DNA of 63,212 bases, counting the filler, from Folioceros fuciformis (taxonomy: Eukaryota): NCBI GenBank assembly GCA_049999805.1. It is 5 parts of 5 records of this genome, joined end to end, with 100 filler letters (N's around TTAATTAATTAA, not from the genome) between each part and the next. Parts side by side here need not be neighbours in the genome. Positions count along the whole stretch, not along the records: positions 1 to 21,834 come from JBNGIO010005396.1; 4 more parts are not named here. One strand, written 5' to 3'. A program made the position numbers and the translations under genes. Under the pieces are notes generated by a model. It had not been told where the DNA came from. It did no database searches and was given only the letters and a program-made list of their open reading frames with translations. Shown one piece after another: positions 1 through 12,760 of the stretch; position 1 is the first letter of the stretch; each line of letters begins with the position of its first letter.

Positions 1-1269
1 CGTTATAGATCTTTCTATTTTTTTATCATAAAATTATTTATAAATATAAATTTTAGATCAAAGATAATTTTCATCTATGAAATGAGCAACTCATTATTTT
101 ATCCTCTAAATTAAAAAATTTATATCTTATATTATGAAAAAACATATTTAATTTCTAAAATTATGAGTATAGGGGTTGAACACAAGACTTCTTCTCTCTA
201 TTCTACCTAGTTGTAAAAATAAAAAATAAATTTAACTAAAAGCAGTGCATAGCAGATTCTAATAAAAAACTTGTTAAGTTCAAGTGATCCATAGAAGACT
301 CGAACACAAATCTTGTTCGCAGGCTCCCAAGCATATCACTTCAATTAATCAATCCAAAAAACTAATATGAGATTAAAAAAAATTGTATAGAATAGAAAGA
401 AGTGTCATTGTGTTGAACACATACGTACATTTGAACTAGAGAGACTAAATTTAAAGAATTTATGAGAAAGGCAAGGCCAAAATGAGAAAGAATGTCAAAG
501 GCTTATGAAGAATCCAACTAAGATTGTCAATAGTCAAGGAGTTCAAAGAGGCATATGTTAGACTAAGTGAGCTTAGGGGCATGAAAGGAGAAAAGAATGG
601 TGCAGAGAAAAACTAGCATACTCAAAGAGAAGAGCGTGATGGGCATGGATGTGCACATAAACATGCTAAAAAAAAGGAATTGGGAATCGGATTCAATATG
701 AAGGGAACAAAGCTTGTAGAGACGAGCCTCCCAAGGAGGTGCAAGATGAAGCTATGGTCAGTCTCAATATAAAGATGATGAGAGCTAACTTCTGCAGCTC
801 TTGATTTAGGATCAACTATGCAAGATCAACTTTTGATCAGGTGTTTTGAATCGCACCAGCAACTTTTGTGACTAGAATTAAATTCCTCCTGGGCTTGGTC
901 CATCATTTTTCTCCCTTTATACGTAGTCACAGGGTTGCCATTGACAAATCCAATTCTTATCTAGCTCGTTTCCCCATAAGCAAGGGTAGTGCATGACCAC
1001 ATAGAATGTTATTCATAGTATCATGTTCTGGATGTCAATCAAGTGTGATTCATAATATATGTTCTTGATGTCAATCAAGTGTGATTTTTTTCCATGTAGG
1101 ATTGCAAAGTGATGAACACTAACGCATTGTTAAGAAAAAGGTTACCACTGAGTGTAGGTTTCTCTTTCCGGGTGCAATGCCGTTTTGAGGACAACAACAA
1201 GTGTGGATCTAGCAACTTCTTTGGTCCTAGTAGTACATAGACCTTTGTTATTTCACATTAGGACATCCT

Positions 1270-2740
1270 AGAGGTGGTAGATAGTTATGGGAGTGATATT
1301 CCAAAGGGCTAGTTCCTCTTTTGGCCTTCGGCCTCTCTTAGTATTGCTCCTTCTCATCTTTGGGGTAGATGGGATTGCCCACTTTTTTTTTTTTTAATAA
1401 AATATATCACTTTTAATATTTGATACGTAAATTATAATGTATGCAAGTTTTAAATATCAAGTTAATGATCTATAGAGAGAAAAAATGCCAAGGGGCTTTT
1501 TGTCTCTCTACATATAGTTATGGGGTTGCCATTGTCAACACATGATCATATTTAAAATATCGTTCCATGGGAGCATTGTAACTCATGATATAGTTTGGGA
1601 TGTTATGTTCTCAATGGCTAGAAAATGTGAGTAGAAAATGTGAGTTTTAGTGAGTGTCCGTATGTTTTGTGCAACAAGGTTTTACTTAGACTCAACCTTT
1701 TTTTTACAAGGAGGCAACTACAAGAGGGCAACATATTTGTGTCATTAATATGGTTGTCACAGATCCCATTAGAAATTCGATTTGTGAGCACATCATTGTC
1801 AACCCCCCTTAATGGGCGGCCGAGGATTGTGTAAGTAGTAAAGTGTGCAAGTATTCTCCCCCGCAAGACGATCTTGTTTTCATCCCCTTGCTCTTGAGAC
1901 CCATGGAGCCATGAGGGCGGTCTTTTCAATGTTCAGCAAAGAGTGCGTAATGGTGTATTATAGTCATAGCAATGGGGTTCTTCTCTTTCCTCAATGGTGG
2001 TCTTCTATTCCTTAATGGTGGCCTTAGTGTATCCATTGTTTTGCAAAGAGCATTGGCCAATGTGGTCTTTGGAATAGCAACAAGTGAAGGTTAAGTGGCT
2101 TATTCGGCACCAGGGGTTGGTACACAATGATATTTTGGTAGTAGTAGGTAGATTTTAGAATGACATTCTAAGGGGCTAGTGCCCTTTTGGTCTTTGGACC
2201 TGTTCGAGTTGTTCTCCTCAACTTTGGAGGAGATGGGAGTTCCCATCTCTTTTTCAATATTAGAAAATAACTACTTTCAATTCACGATCCCCTCTAGAAG
2301 CATCTAGAGTACTTCTTCAAGTATAAATCACATGAAGTGTTTATTATTTTATTAGTCTGATAATAATTCTAGAAAGAGATGAAGATTTTTATTGAAAACA
2401 AGCTTCTAAGCCAAGGTGACTAGTTTACCCTATTATTATCTACCAAATCTTTTCCATTGTATTATAATGGGTGTTAGCTAATGCCATCCATGTATACAAT
2501 GATGATAATGGCAAGGGAGCTAGCATTGGCTAGTCTTGTGGTAGGTAGAGCCTTCCTTGTGGACCATGATATCCTAGATGTTTCGAGTAGCCTTAAGGGG
2601 CTAGCTTCGGTGGCCCAATTTGGTTTGTCTCACATCTTCCAAGGTAGATGGGTTTCCCATGTGGCTTTCCTCCTCTAAAGTAAACGAGGATTATTTGCCA
2701 TAAACATCTTTTAGGGTAGATGCATTTCCCATTTTGTTTT
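1270..2740 (+). repeat. Several diverged copies of a dispersed non-coding repeat in an AT-rich region (copies ~1270-1395, ~2145-2262, ~2575-2740; related copy ~21740-21810)
   Basis: Recurring motifs 'AAGGG(G)CTAG...TTGG' and 'GGTAGATGGG(A)TT.CCCA' at each copy; no credible ORF. Boundaries approximate. Confidence 0.5.
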
Positions 2741-3228
2741 TCTCAAATAAAAGAGTATTGTCTTAAACTACCATAAAGTTACCCACAATCCCAAAATGTC
2801 ATAAGGAAAGACATACTTGTTCTCCTAAAGCTAAGTTCTTCTCCTAGGAACTAAGCTATGCGAAGTTCTCGTGTCTAAAAACTAAGCTAAGATTGGCTGG
2901 TGGGCTTATAGTTTTGTCTATAAAAAGAGAGCAATGGAGACTTTATTAAAAAAAAAAAACAAGATGGAAAAACGCATCCACTCACAAAAAGGAAAAACAA
3001 TCCCAAAACAACCGAACTAAAGAGACCAGCCCCAAAGACACCTTGTATAATAAAGCTACCAAAGTCACTCAACATATGATCATTCGTAGTGTCCATGCTT
3101 GAGGCTGCTTCATCACGGCAGAGATGCTTGTCGACCTTGCGGCAAGGGAAAGGGAAGCGTTGCAAGGATGGGCAGCGACGGAAGAACTCAATCATTCCCA
3201 CAACATGCGATATATTTAATTTATCTGA

Positions 3229-4587
3229 TTATAACAAAGTTTTCACAACATTCCCGGCTCCATCGACTCGTTGTTTCTTCTTAGGCCTCTCCACCAAGAG
3301 CTGAAACCCAATATCGGTCTCCTTCAAAATCCGATTGACGTATTGTTCATTTTCATCATCTTGACAGCGCTGAAGCATTCCCGAAATTTTGCTTGCCATG
3401 GCCACGTTCTCTGCTACCAATTTGGCAAAAGACGCAGAATCGAGAAGTCTCGATTGGTCTTGAGATCTGCTAAGCCCAGCTAGCAACGCTGCCTTGACAA
3501 AGGGGAGATTCCGCTGCTCGGCTTCTTTGAACAAGAAGATCGCCGCCTGACATGCCACTTCGCTATCATGTGCGCTGTAGGAAGGGAATACTAGCGGCCA
3601 CGGCGGATCCTTGGCCCAGTATATGTGCTTCATGCACAGGGGCTTCAGCTCGAGCACGCCATACTTGATAGCAGCCTCAAGCAACAGGTGCGGCGACCTG
3701 TGCAGCACATCCTCCTCCTTCACCTCCGCAGTATGAAGAAAGTGGATGAAATTTTGCATGACATCCCCTGGGAGCGGACCGAAGTCCAACTCCTCTACAT
3801 CCTCTCCTTGGAAAGCTAGGAGCTCCCTATACACAGATGATCTGCTCTCCTGCAGCACATGCACACGATCGGGAAGGGCCTCAACGGAACCTACTCCAAC
3901 ACTAGCTCAAGAGCAAATCCCCACTAAACAGATCAATTTATCAAAAGCCATCAATTTTCATACCAGAACAAATCTATTAATCCAGCCCACGGTCTCATCC
4001 CCGGCTCTCAACAACACATATCCCGCCGAAGCCGAAGGAACCCGATCCGTCTCCCATTTCCGCAGAAAACCGAGCTGAACCTTGAACTCCTGCATCCGTA
4101 TCTCCGCATCCCGCTTGAACTTCTGCAATTCGGAAATCTGGAGCTCCGCTTCGCGCACCCTCATCTGGCTCAGAAACAACTGGTTTTCTAAATCAGTAAC
4201 CTGCTTGTCATGCTGCTGCCTCTGCCTCTTGAGGAGCACCTTCTCGACAGTTGGGGACTTCCCTCGGCACTCGTTGCAGGAGATGGCGCCTTTGCCATCG
4301 GCCAGGCTCACCGTCTTCCCGCACCCTTCGCACGCGAACAATGATACACACTGCGTAGAGGCTCCTGGAGCCTGCCCCTCCGATTCGCGTGCTTCCCACC
4401 CCGCCCGCGCGAAAGGCGTGTCCATGGAACGTAACTGGCATCCCAAACTGGAAGCGTGACCCGGGGCGATCGCTGCCTCCCTCTCCTCCATACCCGATTC
4501 TACGACCGACTGGCTCGAAAAAGGCTTGCCGCCAAGGTAGCCGCTGTCCTGCATCATTACTTTACAGAATAACTTCCCCTGACACAT
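3229..4587 (-). CDS. BTB/POZ domain protein, At4g08455-like (N-terminal CxxC..CxxC, coiled coil, BTB); 2 exons 4587-3964 and 3849-3229
   Basis: Splicing a GT-AG intron at 3963-3850 joins 'YVLLRAGDETVGWINRFVL' to 'ESRSSVYRELL', matching the BTB consensus (AHRAVL-ASRSPVF). Also 'FIHFLHTAE', 'LLEAAIKYGVLELKPLC', N-terminal CEGC...CNEC and 'KVQLGFLR'. Start codon uncertain. Confidence 0.8.
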
Positions 4588-6677
4588 GCGCCGCCTAACG
4601 TAAAAATGTGTCGCGAATTAAGTTAGACCTGTCACCTACCCGCTAGCGTTTAATACCCGTTGCTCTTCTTTTTTCTGAACATTTCCCACGACACGCGGTG
4701 CCTCCAAATTCGGAATTGCAACCGCCTTGCATATAAGTGGATGTCCTGGCCCGCGCCTCCCCTCGCCCTATTGAGCAACCCCACCCCACACCGCCTGGGC
4801 AATCAAACTTTTGATTTTCGAAATATATTTTTCTAAGTCACAAGCCATGCCAAATGCGAGCATCGTCGTCGTCTTCGGAAGACTTGACAACCAAGAAACC
4901 CACACAACTTGGGAAGGATTCTCCCCAAAGGTACAGCCAGGCCAGACCGGCCCGGCCCGGCCCCGCCCGTCCGCATCCTTATCACGACCTACTCTATGCA
5001 ATGCTACAATATCACATCTCAGAAGTGACATCGCAGGCTTGCATGACCTGGTCAGATTCGTGTGAGCCTGATTGCGAGACTGCTGCCGCCTACTACTACA
5101 AACATACGTACTTCAAAACAAATGCAGTATGTACAGTATGCAAACAGCCCCAAGGGGGGTTTCGGGTGGCGGTAATCTCGGCCCCCAACTCTCCAGGGGT
5201 CTGCCTCCGGGAGACACAAAAACACGGTGACAGCACGAGAAAACAGAAACATGATGAATGACAACGGGAAGAAGCGGAAACACACACACACACAACCCTA
5301 TGCCGATGCCGTACCTATCGAGAAAAGGCGGGATATCGCGTTCTGTCTCGAGGGAGACGAGATATGAAAGGTAGCAGGGTTAGCAAATACATGTATTGAC
5401 AGGAACACACAATATCCTTCGTGGGCTACCTCCGGCGGGAATGTGAACTAATAACCATGGGCTTCTAGAAGCTGCTACTAGATGCTGCTAGCAGAGAACG
5501 TTGTCCATGCCAACCATTTAAGGAACCTGGTGGGCAGTGGCCAACTGATACAGGTCCACGAAGTGCAAGCTAAAAATCCTGGTATACAAATACCCAGCAT
5601 TAAAAATTGGTGGCGGGGATACCCTTCTCCATCGTGTCCAACCAACTTGAGCAACTTGAACATTAGTTAAAAGCATCGGAGTCTCTTCTGATCTTCACAC
5701 CCAGTATCCCCTCAGAAGTCAATACATTGTAAAGTAGTCTGGCAACTTCCATAGCTGATAAGGAGGGGGCATCTAAATCACTTACACTTAGCCTTCGATC
5801 CCCATAGCTCAGCTCATCTCAGACTCATTACTCGGTCCTGGTCTCTCAGGTTAACAAAGTGCTCCATTAATAAGAGGGATTCCACCTACAACTCTACGCT
5901 GATAGTACACGACAACAATCTAGAGGTTGAAAAGAAAATTTGTTTCCCTGAGAATAAACCATAAGAAGGCCAGAAAGCCAAAAGACACGTCCTCCGACCC
6001 TCGAAAGAGGGACAGAGAGAGAGGAAATGCTTAGGACTTTAAAGGACACGGCAGCCACTGGGTTTGTCGGAACCAAAGTCACAAGGGCATGAACCTGGAC
6101 TTGGCTGTCCCTTCGTACCTAACAAAAGCCCTTGCATATCCTTACCTGTTTCAAACCGTCAGCAGCTCCTCAAGCAGCAATAGGTATGATCGAAATTGAG
6201 CTTCGTAGAAAAGCATTGGTTGACGTCTCTCTTCCTTCAGCTCAACGGTCCGGGAAGAACAGGAGCGCCATCCAGAAGACAAGCACAGCAACGCTCTACA
6301 CAGCTTGCCACTTATTGTATAGCAGAAGTTATGCATCTCTCCTCCCTCACACATTACCGATGATGGCCTGCAACTTCGATATATTTGGGACATGGGCGTG
6401 TGATAACTCTGTCTAAAAAGAGTATAGACCAATCCTCCACAGTCCTGTAGCATTGTGTGTGCTTGGCACCTTCTCGTACTCAGCGAGCTCCCTCCTGACA
6501 AAGGCTCAAAGTAGCCCATCTCACCTGGTCTGTACATGCACCCTTAAAAAAAAGAAAAAAAGAAAAAGCTTACTCCTGCACCGGACAAGCAACCCCAGCA
6601 AGCGAATCAGAGCCTGAACGAAGTCTCAAACAATGAGAGAGTGAGCAAACACGATGCATTCATTACCTGTTGTATAA

Positions 6678-7840
6678 CTACCGTCGAGGTGACTGCTCCG
6701 CATACGTGGCTAACTGAGACCCGCCATTGGCAGCCCTGCCAGCGCTATTCCTCATGGGGGAGTGGTGACTAGTGTGGTAACGATAGTGGTGATGGGTGCC
6801 ACCTCCGTTCAGTTGATGTTGATTCCCAACCCCGTTATGATGATGTCCTCCAACCCCATTCACATGGTGGTGCACGAACCCGTTTCCATTGACAGCAGGC
6901 CCGGGAGACTGGCGGTGGCGGTGCTGATGCTGATGCTCAGACGAGCCACTGGACGACGCCTGTTGGTGTCCATGGTGGATGGCCAAATCATGCTTCATCT
7001 CCTGGATGGGCTTCAACATCTCCACAACCTCGTTCATGGTGGGCCTGGCCTTGGGGTCTAGACTGAGACATCGCTGGGCCAAAGCTGCAGCCTTCTGGGC
7101 CCCCTTCACCGAGTACTGCCCCTCCAACCGAGGATCCACCAGTTTGATGAGCTTCCGCTTCTCCGTCTTCAGGTAAGGCCTGGCCCACTCCACCAGGTTG
7201 TGCTCCCCCGTGGGTCTGTTCCGGTCGATGGACAGCCGGCCGGTGATCATCTCCAGCAGCACCACCCCGAAGGAGTAGACATCGCTCATGGGCGTCAGGT
7301 GCCCCGTCATGACATACTCGGGAGCAGCATAGCCGTGGGTGCCCATAACCCTGGTGGAGACATGCGTCCTGTCCCCATCCGGCCCGTCCTTAGCCAACCC
7401 AAAGTCCGAAAGCTTGCTGGTGTAGTCGGAGTCGAGGAGGATGTTGGAGGTCTTGAAGTCCCGGTATATGACCTGCTTCCTCTCGGGCGTGCTGGTGTGC
7501 AGGAATGCGACCCCCTGGGCCGCCCCGAGCGCAATTTTCATCCTGGTGAGCCATGGCAAGGGGGGCGTGGAGCCCTTCTTCCGGAACAGATGGTTCTCCA
7601 AGCTCCCCCGGGGCATGAATTCGTACACCAGCAGCCTGTGGTCCTGCTCCGAGCAGTAGCCGATGAGCTTCACGAGGTTGGGATGGTGCAGCTGCCCCAG
7701 AATGTCCACCTCCGCCAGCCACTCGCTGTGGCCCTGGAGCCCGTCCTGATTGAGCTGCTTCACGGCCACGGTGAGGCCCGTGCCCGGCCGCACGGCCATG
7801 GTGCCATGCTCGTCAATCCAGCCCTTGAACACGCCTCCGA
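6678..7840 (-). CDS. Receptor-like cytoplasmic kinase, RLCK-VII/PBL family; 5' end lost in the N gap 7841-7940
   Basis: [78 protein letters not shown], followed by a His/Gly/Asn-rich tail. Confidence 0.95.
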
Positions 7841-9742
7841 NNNNNNNNNNNNNNNNNNNNNNNNNNNNNNNNNNNNNNNNNNNNNNNNNNNNNNNNNNNN
7901 NNNNNNNNNNNNNNNNNNNNNNNNNNNNNNNNNNNNNNNNTCTTCTACCTCCGGCTCCTCCCACCACTGCCCAACAAGCTCACCCACAATAGGCGGCCCA
8001 ACCCACCAAGAAAGAAGGGTGCTAGCAATTGGGCGAGCTGAGCGAGGCGGATCAAGAGATCGCTGCCATGGTTCCCACACCCCCGAGCAGGAGCAGGACC
8101 TGGAGCTGGGGCCGGAGAAGAAGCTGCCCACCTTCCTACTACTTGCTTACCACGACTGTCACTCCACTCGCTCAGCAAGCAACAGCACACGGAGCCAAGG
8201 AAGGCCAGGCAAGCACGAGGAAACCTAAAGCCGAGCCTTGCCTTGCCTTTATCAAAACTCTTATCCTGCCTACCTTAACCTTCCTTCCCGACAACCTCAA
8301 TAGCATCAATTACCTCGCAGCTTTGCTCGTCTCCCTCTAAGTCCACATTTCCTCCGACAATCTACACCTAAATCGATCCATCCTCCATCCAACATCGTCT
8401 CTAAAATGTATGACCGCGTGGCATAGGACTCCAAAAATTCCGCCGTATACACCGAACATTCTCTGCTTTTTCGTTCTGTGATGTGGCACTACCAAAGAGG
8501 CACATACATACTTGGTTCATGTGTGGTACACGGTAATCGGGACCAATCAAAGCTTTCAACATCGCCATAAAACGTGTCTGGACGGCTCTCATGCGACCAG
8601 AGACCAGATAGCATGTGCCTAAAAAAAGTTGTGATAGGTTCTCATACCTTAATCCCATACATACAGCACACACACTACTTCTTCGTACGGGAAGAACATC
8701 CCGCACACAATGGGTGTCCGGAAGAGCTTGCTCATGGAAGTAATATATGGGTGGCTTGGTTTTCGTCCAACTTGGATCATGGAGCAATGTAAGATATAGG
8801 TAGGTTGGTTTTGGATTGAGACTTTCATCACTTATCTTTGATCACCTTTCTATCCTTTCCTACAACACATTATAAATTCTCTCTACTTTCACTCTTTCAA
8901 AGGAACAAGATGTGCAGGAGCATCTTGACTAACCACCAATTTTAAGTCCTACAAGTTATGGTGAGTGAAGACCACCTTAGTGATTAGAGTGGTTGATTCC
9001 GAGACTAACAATGAAGGATGGGGAGAGCATATTTACAATTGAAGTAAACAATACTAATGCATGGAGGAGTGAAGAAGATTGAATTTGCTGATTGTAAGCT
9101 CTAAAAAGGTGTTGTGGGGGAAGACCACCTCAGTAATTGAAGTAGTAGATGGTTAGGCCCATGCATTTCATGATTTGCATGTATGTTATGTGATGTGGCC
9201 AAGAAGATGTTTGTTCGCAGAGACCCACCTTTTTCATTGTCTTTATGTTTATATATATATAAATTAAATTCGATCATATGACATCTATGCTGCTGTTCAC
9301 ACGCGACAGGCCAAACATAGCTTGTGGATGAGATAGATCCCAAATTTAACTCCAGATCAAAGTTATTGAACTGCAATACAGTGAAGTTTCATCCCCAATC
9401 CAGTGGCCATACATAGACTTCTTCATACATATATATAGCAAGATTAGAAAGTCCCATACACAACACGGGTGGGGAACATTTCAATGGAGGGCCCCAGGCA
9501 AAGGAGATTAGACCTGTGATTGTCCAGGTTGAATCAATTTATTTATATACAAGACTGAATATAAAATTCCTAGGTCGTGAGGGAGGAAGTCGGTCCACGG
9601 GCTACTGTTACCGACTAGATTCTTATGCACTGGTCTTCGGCTACGAGGACAGCTTGTATTGTTGCAGGTGGCAGCGCGATCACAGAAGAAAATGTTTGGT
9701 AAGAAGGGTTTCCAAATTCCAATAGAATGGCCAGTCCTGCTC

Positions 9743-10699
9743 TTACGCCGGAGGAGTCCAATCCTCAAGAAGTTTGTCCACGGATTTCCTCACAGGCATG
9801 CTCCGCAAAGTTCCTTTCACCCGCACGCACAGCGACGCCGTAGCTGCAGCAAACTTGAGAGCCTCCGCAACGGACTGGCCTTCCACCAGAGCCACAGCAT
9901 AAGCGGCAGTGAAGGCGTCCCCGGCGCCGGTGGTATCCACCACTTCTGGAGCCACAATTGCCGGCTGCGCGAAGAACTGTCCGTCCTTAGTGACCAGCAC
10001 TGACCCTCGCTCCCCTCGCTTAACCAAAACCTGCTTCACTCCCATCTCCTGTACCTTGGCCGCGGCAAGCAGCACCTCCTCCAGGGTTTCACAGGGCAGA
10101 TCTGTAATCCGGCTTAGCTCCGTCTCGTTCGGGCTCAGAACGGTGACCGCCTTGAGCAGCTCCTGCGGCAGCGCGTCCTCCATCCCTCCCGCGTCCAAAA
10201 CCACCGGCACGTTGGCGCTTCTGGCAATCTTGGCAGCCTCCAGGTTCACACTGTCGGGAACCTCCCGCTGCAGCAACAAGGCCCCAGCCCGCCGGATGAG
10301 CTGCTGCGCCGCTGCTGGCAGCCGCGACCACGCCATGTTTGCTCCTCCCACGATGATGATAGAATTCCTCCCTCCCGGCTGCAACAAGACAACTGCATGC
10401 CCGGTCGGGCCGGTGACTGTGGCCAGATGCTCCAGCTGCACTCCCGCGTCCGTCAGCGCTTCCTTCACCAGCTCTGCATGGCTGTCCTTGCCGACCTGGC
10501 CAACGAAGAAGGTCGGGTGCGCCAGCCGCGCTCCGCAGGCCGCTTGATTGGCTCCCTTGCCTCCTGCCACCGTCTGCCCGCTCTTTGCTGCTATCGTCTC
10601 GCCTTTGGCTGGAAGCCGCTCGATCTCCACATAAATGTCAGCATTCACGGATCCTACAACGACCAGCGGCGCCTGAATTGATCGCGGAGACTCCGCCAT
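9743..10699 (-). CDS. RBSK: Ribokinase (PfkB family), single exon
   Basis: VVVGSVNAD, GGKGANQA, SIIIVGGAN, LLQREVP, PNETE, VDTTGAGDAF. First ATG at 10699. Confidence 0.93.
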   Translation of the reverse strand: MAESPRSIQAPLVVVGSVNADIYVEIERLPAKGETIAAKSGQTVAGGKGANQAACGARLAHPTFFVGQVGKDSHAELVKEALTDAGVQLEHLATVTGPTGHAVVLLQPGGRNSIIIVGGANMAWSRLPAAAQQLIRRAGALLLQREVPDSVNLEAAKIARSANVPVVLDAGGMEDALPQELLKAVTVLSPNETELSRITDLPCETLEEVLLAAAKVQEMGVKQVLVKRGERGSVLVTKDGQFFAQPAIVAPEVVDTTGAGDAFTAAYAVALVEGQSVAEALKFAAATASLCVRVKGTLRSMPVRKSVDKLLEDWTPPA

Positions 10700-10907
10700 A
10701 TCCACGCGCCCTCGAGCTCACACCTAAATCTGTCCTCTAGAAGATGAGGAAGACGTCTCGCGACGAGCTAAAATTCCACCAATTTCGATTCGGGATTCAC
10801 CAATTTTGATTCGCAATTCGTGACTCACTTTTAGCCGGTACGGGGACTGCAGCTTTGGGAGATACGCGTCATGGTTTCCTCATCTACCTACACGAAGGCT
10901 GTCCAGC

Positions 10908-10936
10908 TTCCCGCCAAACTAACCCAGTTTTCCCGC
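10908..10936. promoter_or_regulatory. Two E2F-binding sites upstream of ORC2, in the divergent RBSK/ORC2 promoter
   Basis: TTCCCGCCAAA at 10908-10918 (TTTGGCGG on -) and TTTCCCGC at 10929-10936 match the E2F consensus TTTSSCGS, ~190 bp before the ORC2 ATG. Confidence 0.7.
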
Positions 10937-11117
10937 CATCTCGCTCGAAGCACCGTTCAGCGTAAGATGTGGTCCGAGTTGCAGCATTTTGCGGTGTGCG
11001 ACGACGGCTTGAAGGGATGGAATGTGCTGGAAGCTGTTGCGCAGTAGCAGCACAGGGTTGTTGTTTGAATTTGGATTCGTTATGACCCTGGGAGCCTGAT
11101 GCGTCGGCACCGAGTGG

Positions 11118-12617
11118 ATGATGGAATTGGATGAGCTAGAAAACGTCGAGGATCCAAGCAGTTACTTCAAGGCCCGGAACGGCAAGCGCAAGTCCGACAA
11201 GAAGATTACGGACATTGACATAGTGGATGAGCGGGTAAGTGCTGGATTTTGAGGAGAAATGGATATGCTGGGGAGCTGTACATTCAACATTGTCTGCTGT
11301 GTTTGCGTAGGAGCTTCGGGAAGCTCTTAAGGCACTTCCTCCGAGTCATGAGAAGGAGGTTGCAGCTCTGTTGGCTAGCTACAAGGCTGAATACCAGGAT
11401 TGGCGTTTCCGATTGAGGTCGGGCATCCGAGCAAAGCTACTGTGAAAGCATTTTTCCTCTGCTTGTGGCACACTGTTTGAAGGCTTCTGAAAATGTGTCA
11501 TTCCCACTTCAGCTGCGGATTCGGGCTTCTGATGTATGGCTTCGGATCAAAGAGAGCACTTCTGGAGAGCTTCGCCTCATCTGCGCTTACGGATGGCGCA
11601 GTTATCGTGGTGAACGGATATCTTCCTGCAGTCAACTTGAAACAAGTACGTGTCTTCAGATGTGCAATTGTAAGCAGTGGTGTGGAAACATAGCGACCCC
11701 GGCAGGTGCCTCCAGTATGATTGCTCTCATTTTCCAATGTCAGGTCATTTGCAAAGTGGCAGATATCTTGTGGGAGCAGGAGGGCAGCAAGTGTCCTCAG
11801 CCACTTAGTTCTCAGAGCGTGGATGAGCTGTGTGAGTTCATCCGCTCAGAGACGTCCTCCTTCGTGTACGTTGTCATTCACAATATCGATGGGCCTGCCT
11901 TGAGAGACACTGATATCCAGCGGAATCTAGCAACCCTGTCTGCTTGCCCTCAAGTGCGACTCGTAGCTTCTATCGACCATGTGAATGCTCCACTATGTAA
12001 GTGTCCATTTGTGTGTACCGCAGATTGGTCGGCAGGTTCGTCCCTTGTGATGTCATTTGCTAACCACTGCTCCGATTACAGTGTGGGACAAACAAATGGC
12101 TAGTACACAGTTCAACTGGTGGTGGCACCATACTCCTACTTACGCATCCTACAGCGTTGAGAACACTTTTGCTCCTCTTCTGCTTGCAACCGACGGCCCA
12201 AGCAAAAGCGCGCGCGCGGCTGTCATTGTGCTCAAAAGCTTAACACCTAATGCGCAAAGCGTGTTTCGAACACTTGCTGACTTCCAAGTTGCCCATCCGG
12301 ATGATCAAGGTGAACATTGTCCACAACTTCAATTATTGAATGCCTTCAGTTATTCAATGCGAGTAACTTGTTTCACCCGCTAACATAAGTTTTCACGGCC
12401 CTCACGCAACATCGTAGGTATCACGCAACATCGTCTTTACACAGCATGTCGGGAAAAGTTCCTGGTGAGCAGCGAGTTGACTCTGAAGGCAATCCTTGGT
12501 GAATATCGGGATCACCAACTGGTAAAGTCTAGGAGAGGGCCAGATGGGCAAGATTACTTGTACATCCCTCTACCAGAAGAAGCCATTGTAAAACTTCTTC
12601 ACGACATCGACAACTGA
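11118..12617 (+). CDS. ORC2: Origin recognition complex subunit 2; exons 11118-11234, 11311-11417, 11513-11645, 11744-11996, 12082-12309, 12418-12617
   Basis: [79 protein letters not shown]; all GT-AG introns restore the frame. Confidence 0.95.
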
Positions 12618-12760
12618 AAAAAAGATCCCAATTCGTGCTTGACAATTGACGGGAGTCTCTGTACAATTTTGATCCGTCCTCAGTGGCCTCTAATAGAATT
12701 TTTATTCTTCATACGACCCCTCTCAATTAGAAGGAACAGACAGTGCCTTTGTCAAGGTTG

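Noticed and set aside
7760-8190. 'MGSFFSG' or 'MCCC' lipidated N-terminus for the kinase
   Set aside because: These ORF-track starts are GTG, not ATG, and the frame across the N gap is unknown.
7200-8228. 342-aa plus-strand ORF
   Set aside because: Antisense shadow of the GC-rich kinase that also spans an N gap.
8401-8787. 128-aa minus-strand ORF
   Set aside because: No recognisable domain or splice structure.
9909-10547. 212-aa plus-strand ORF
   Set aside because: Antisense shadow of ribokinase.
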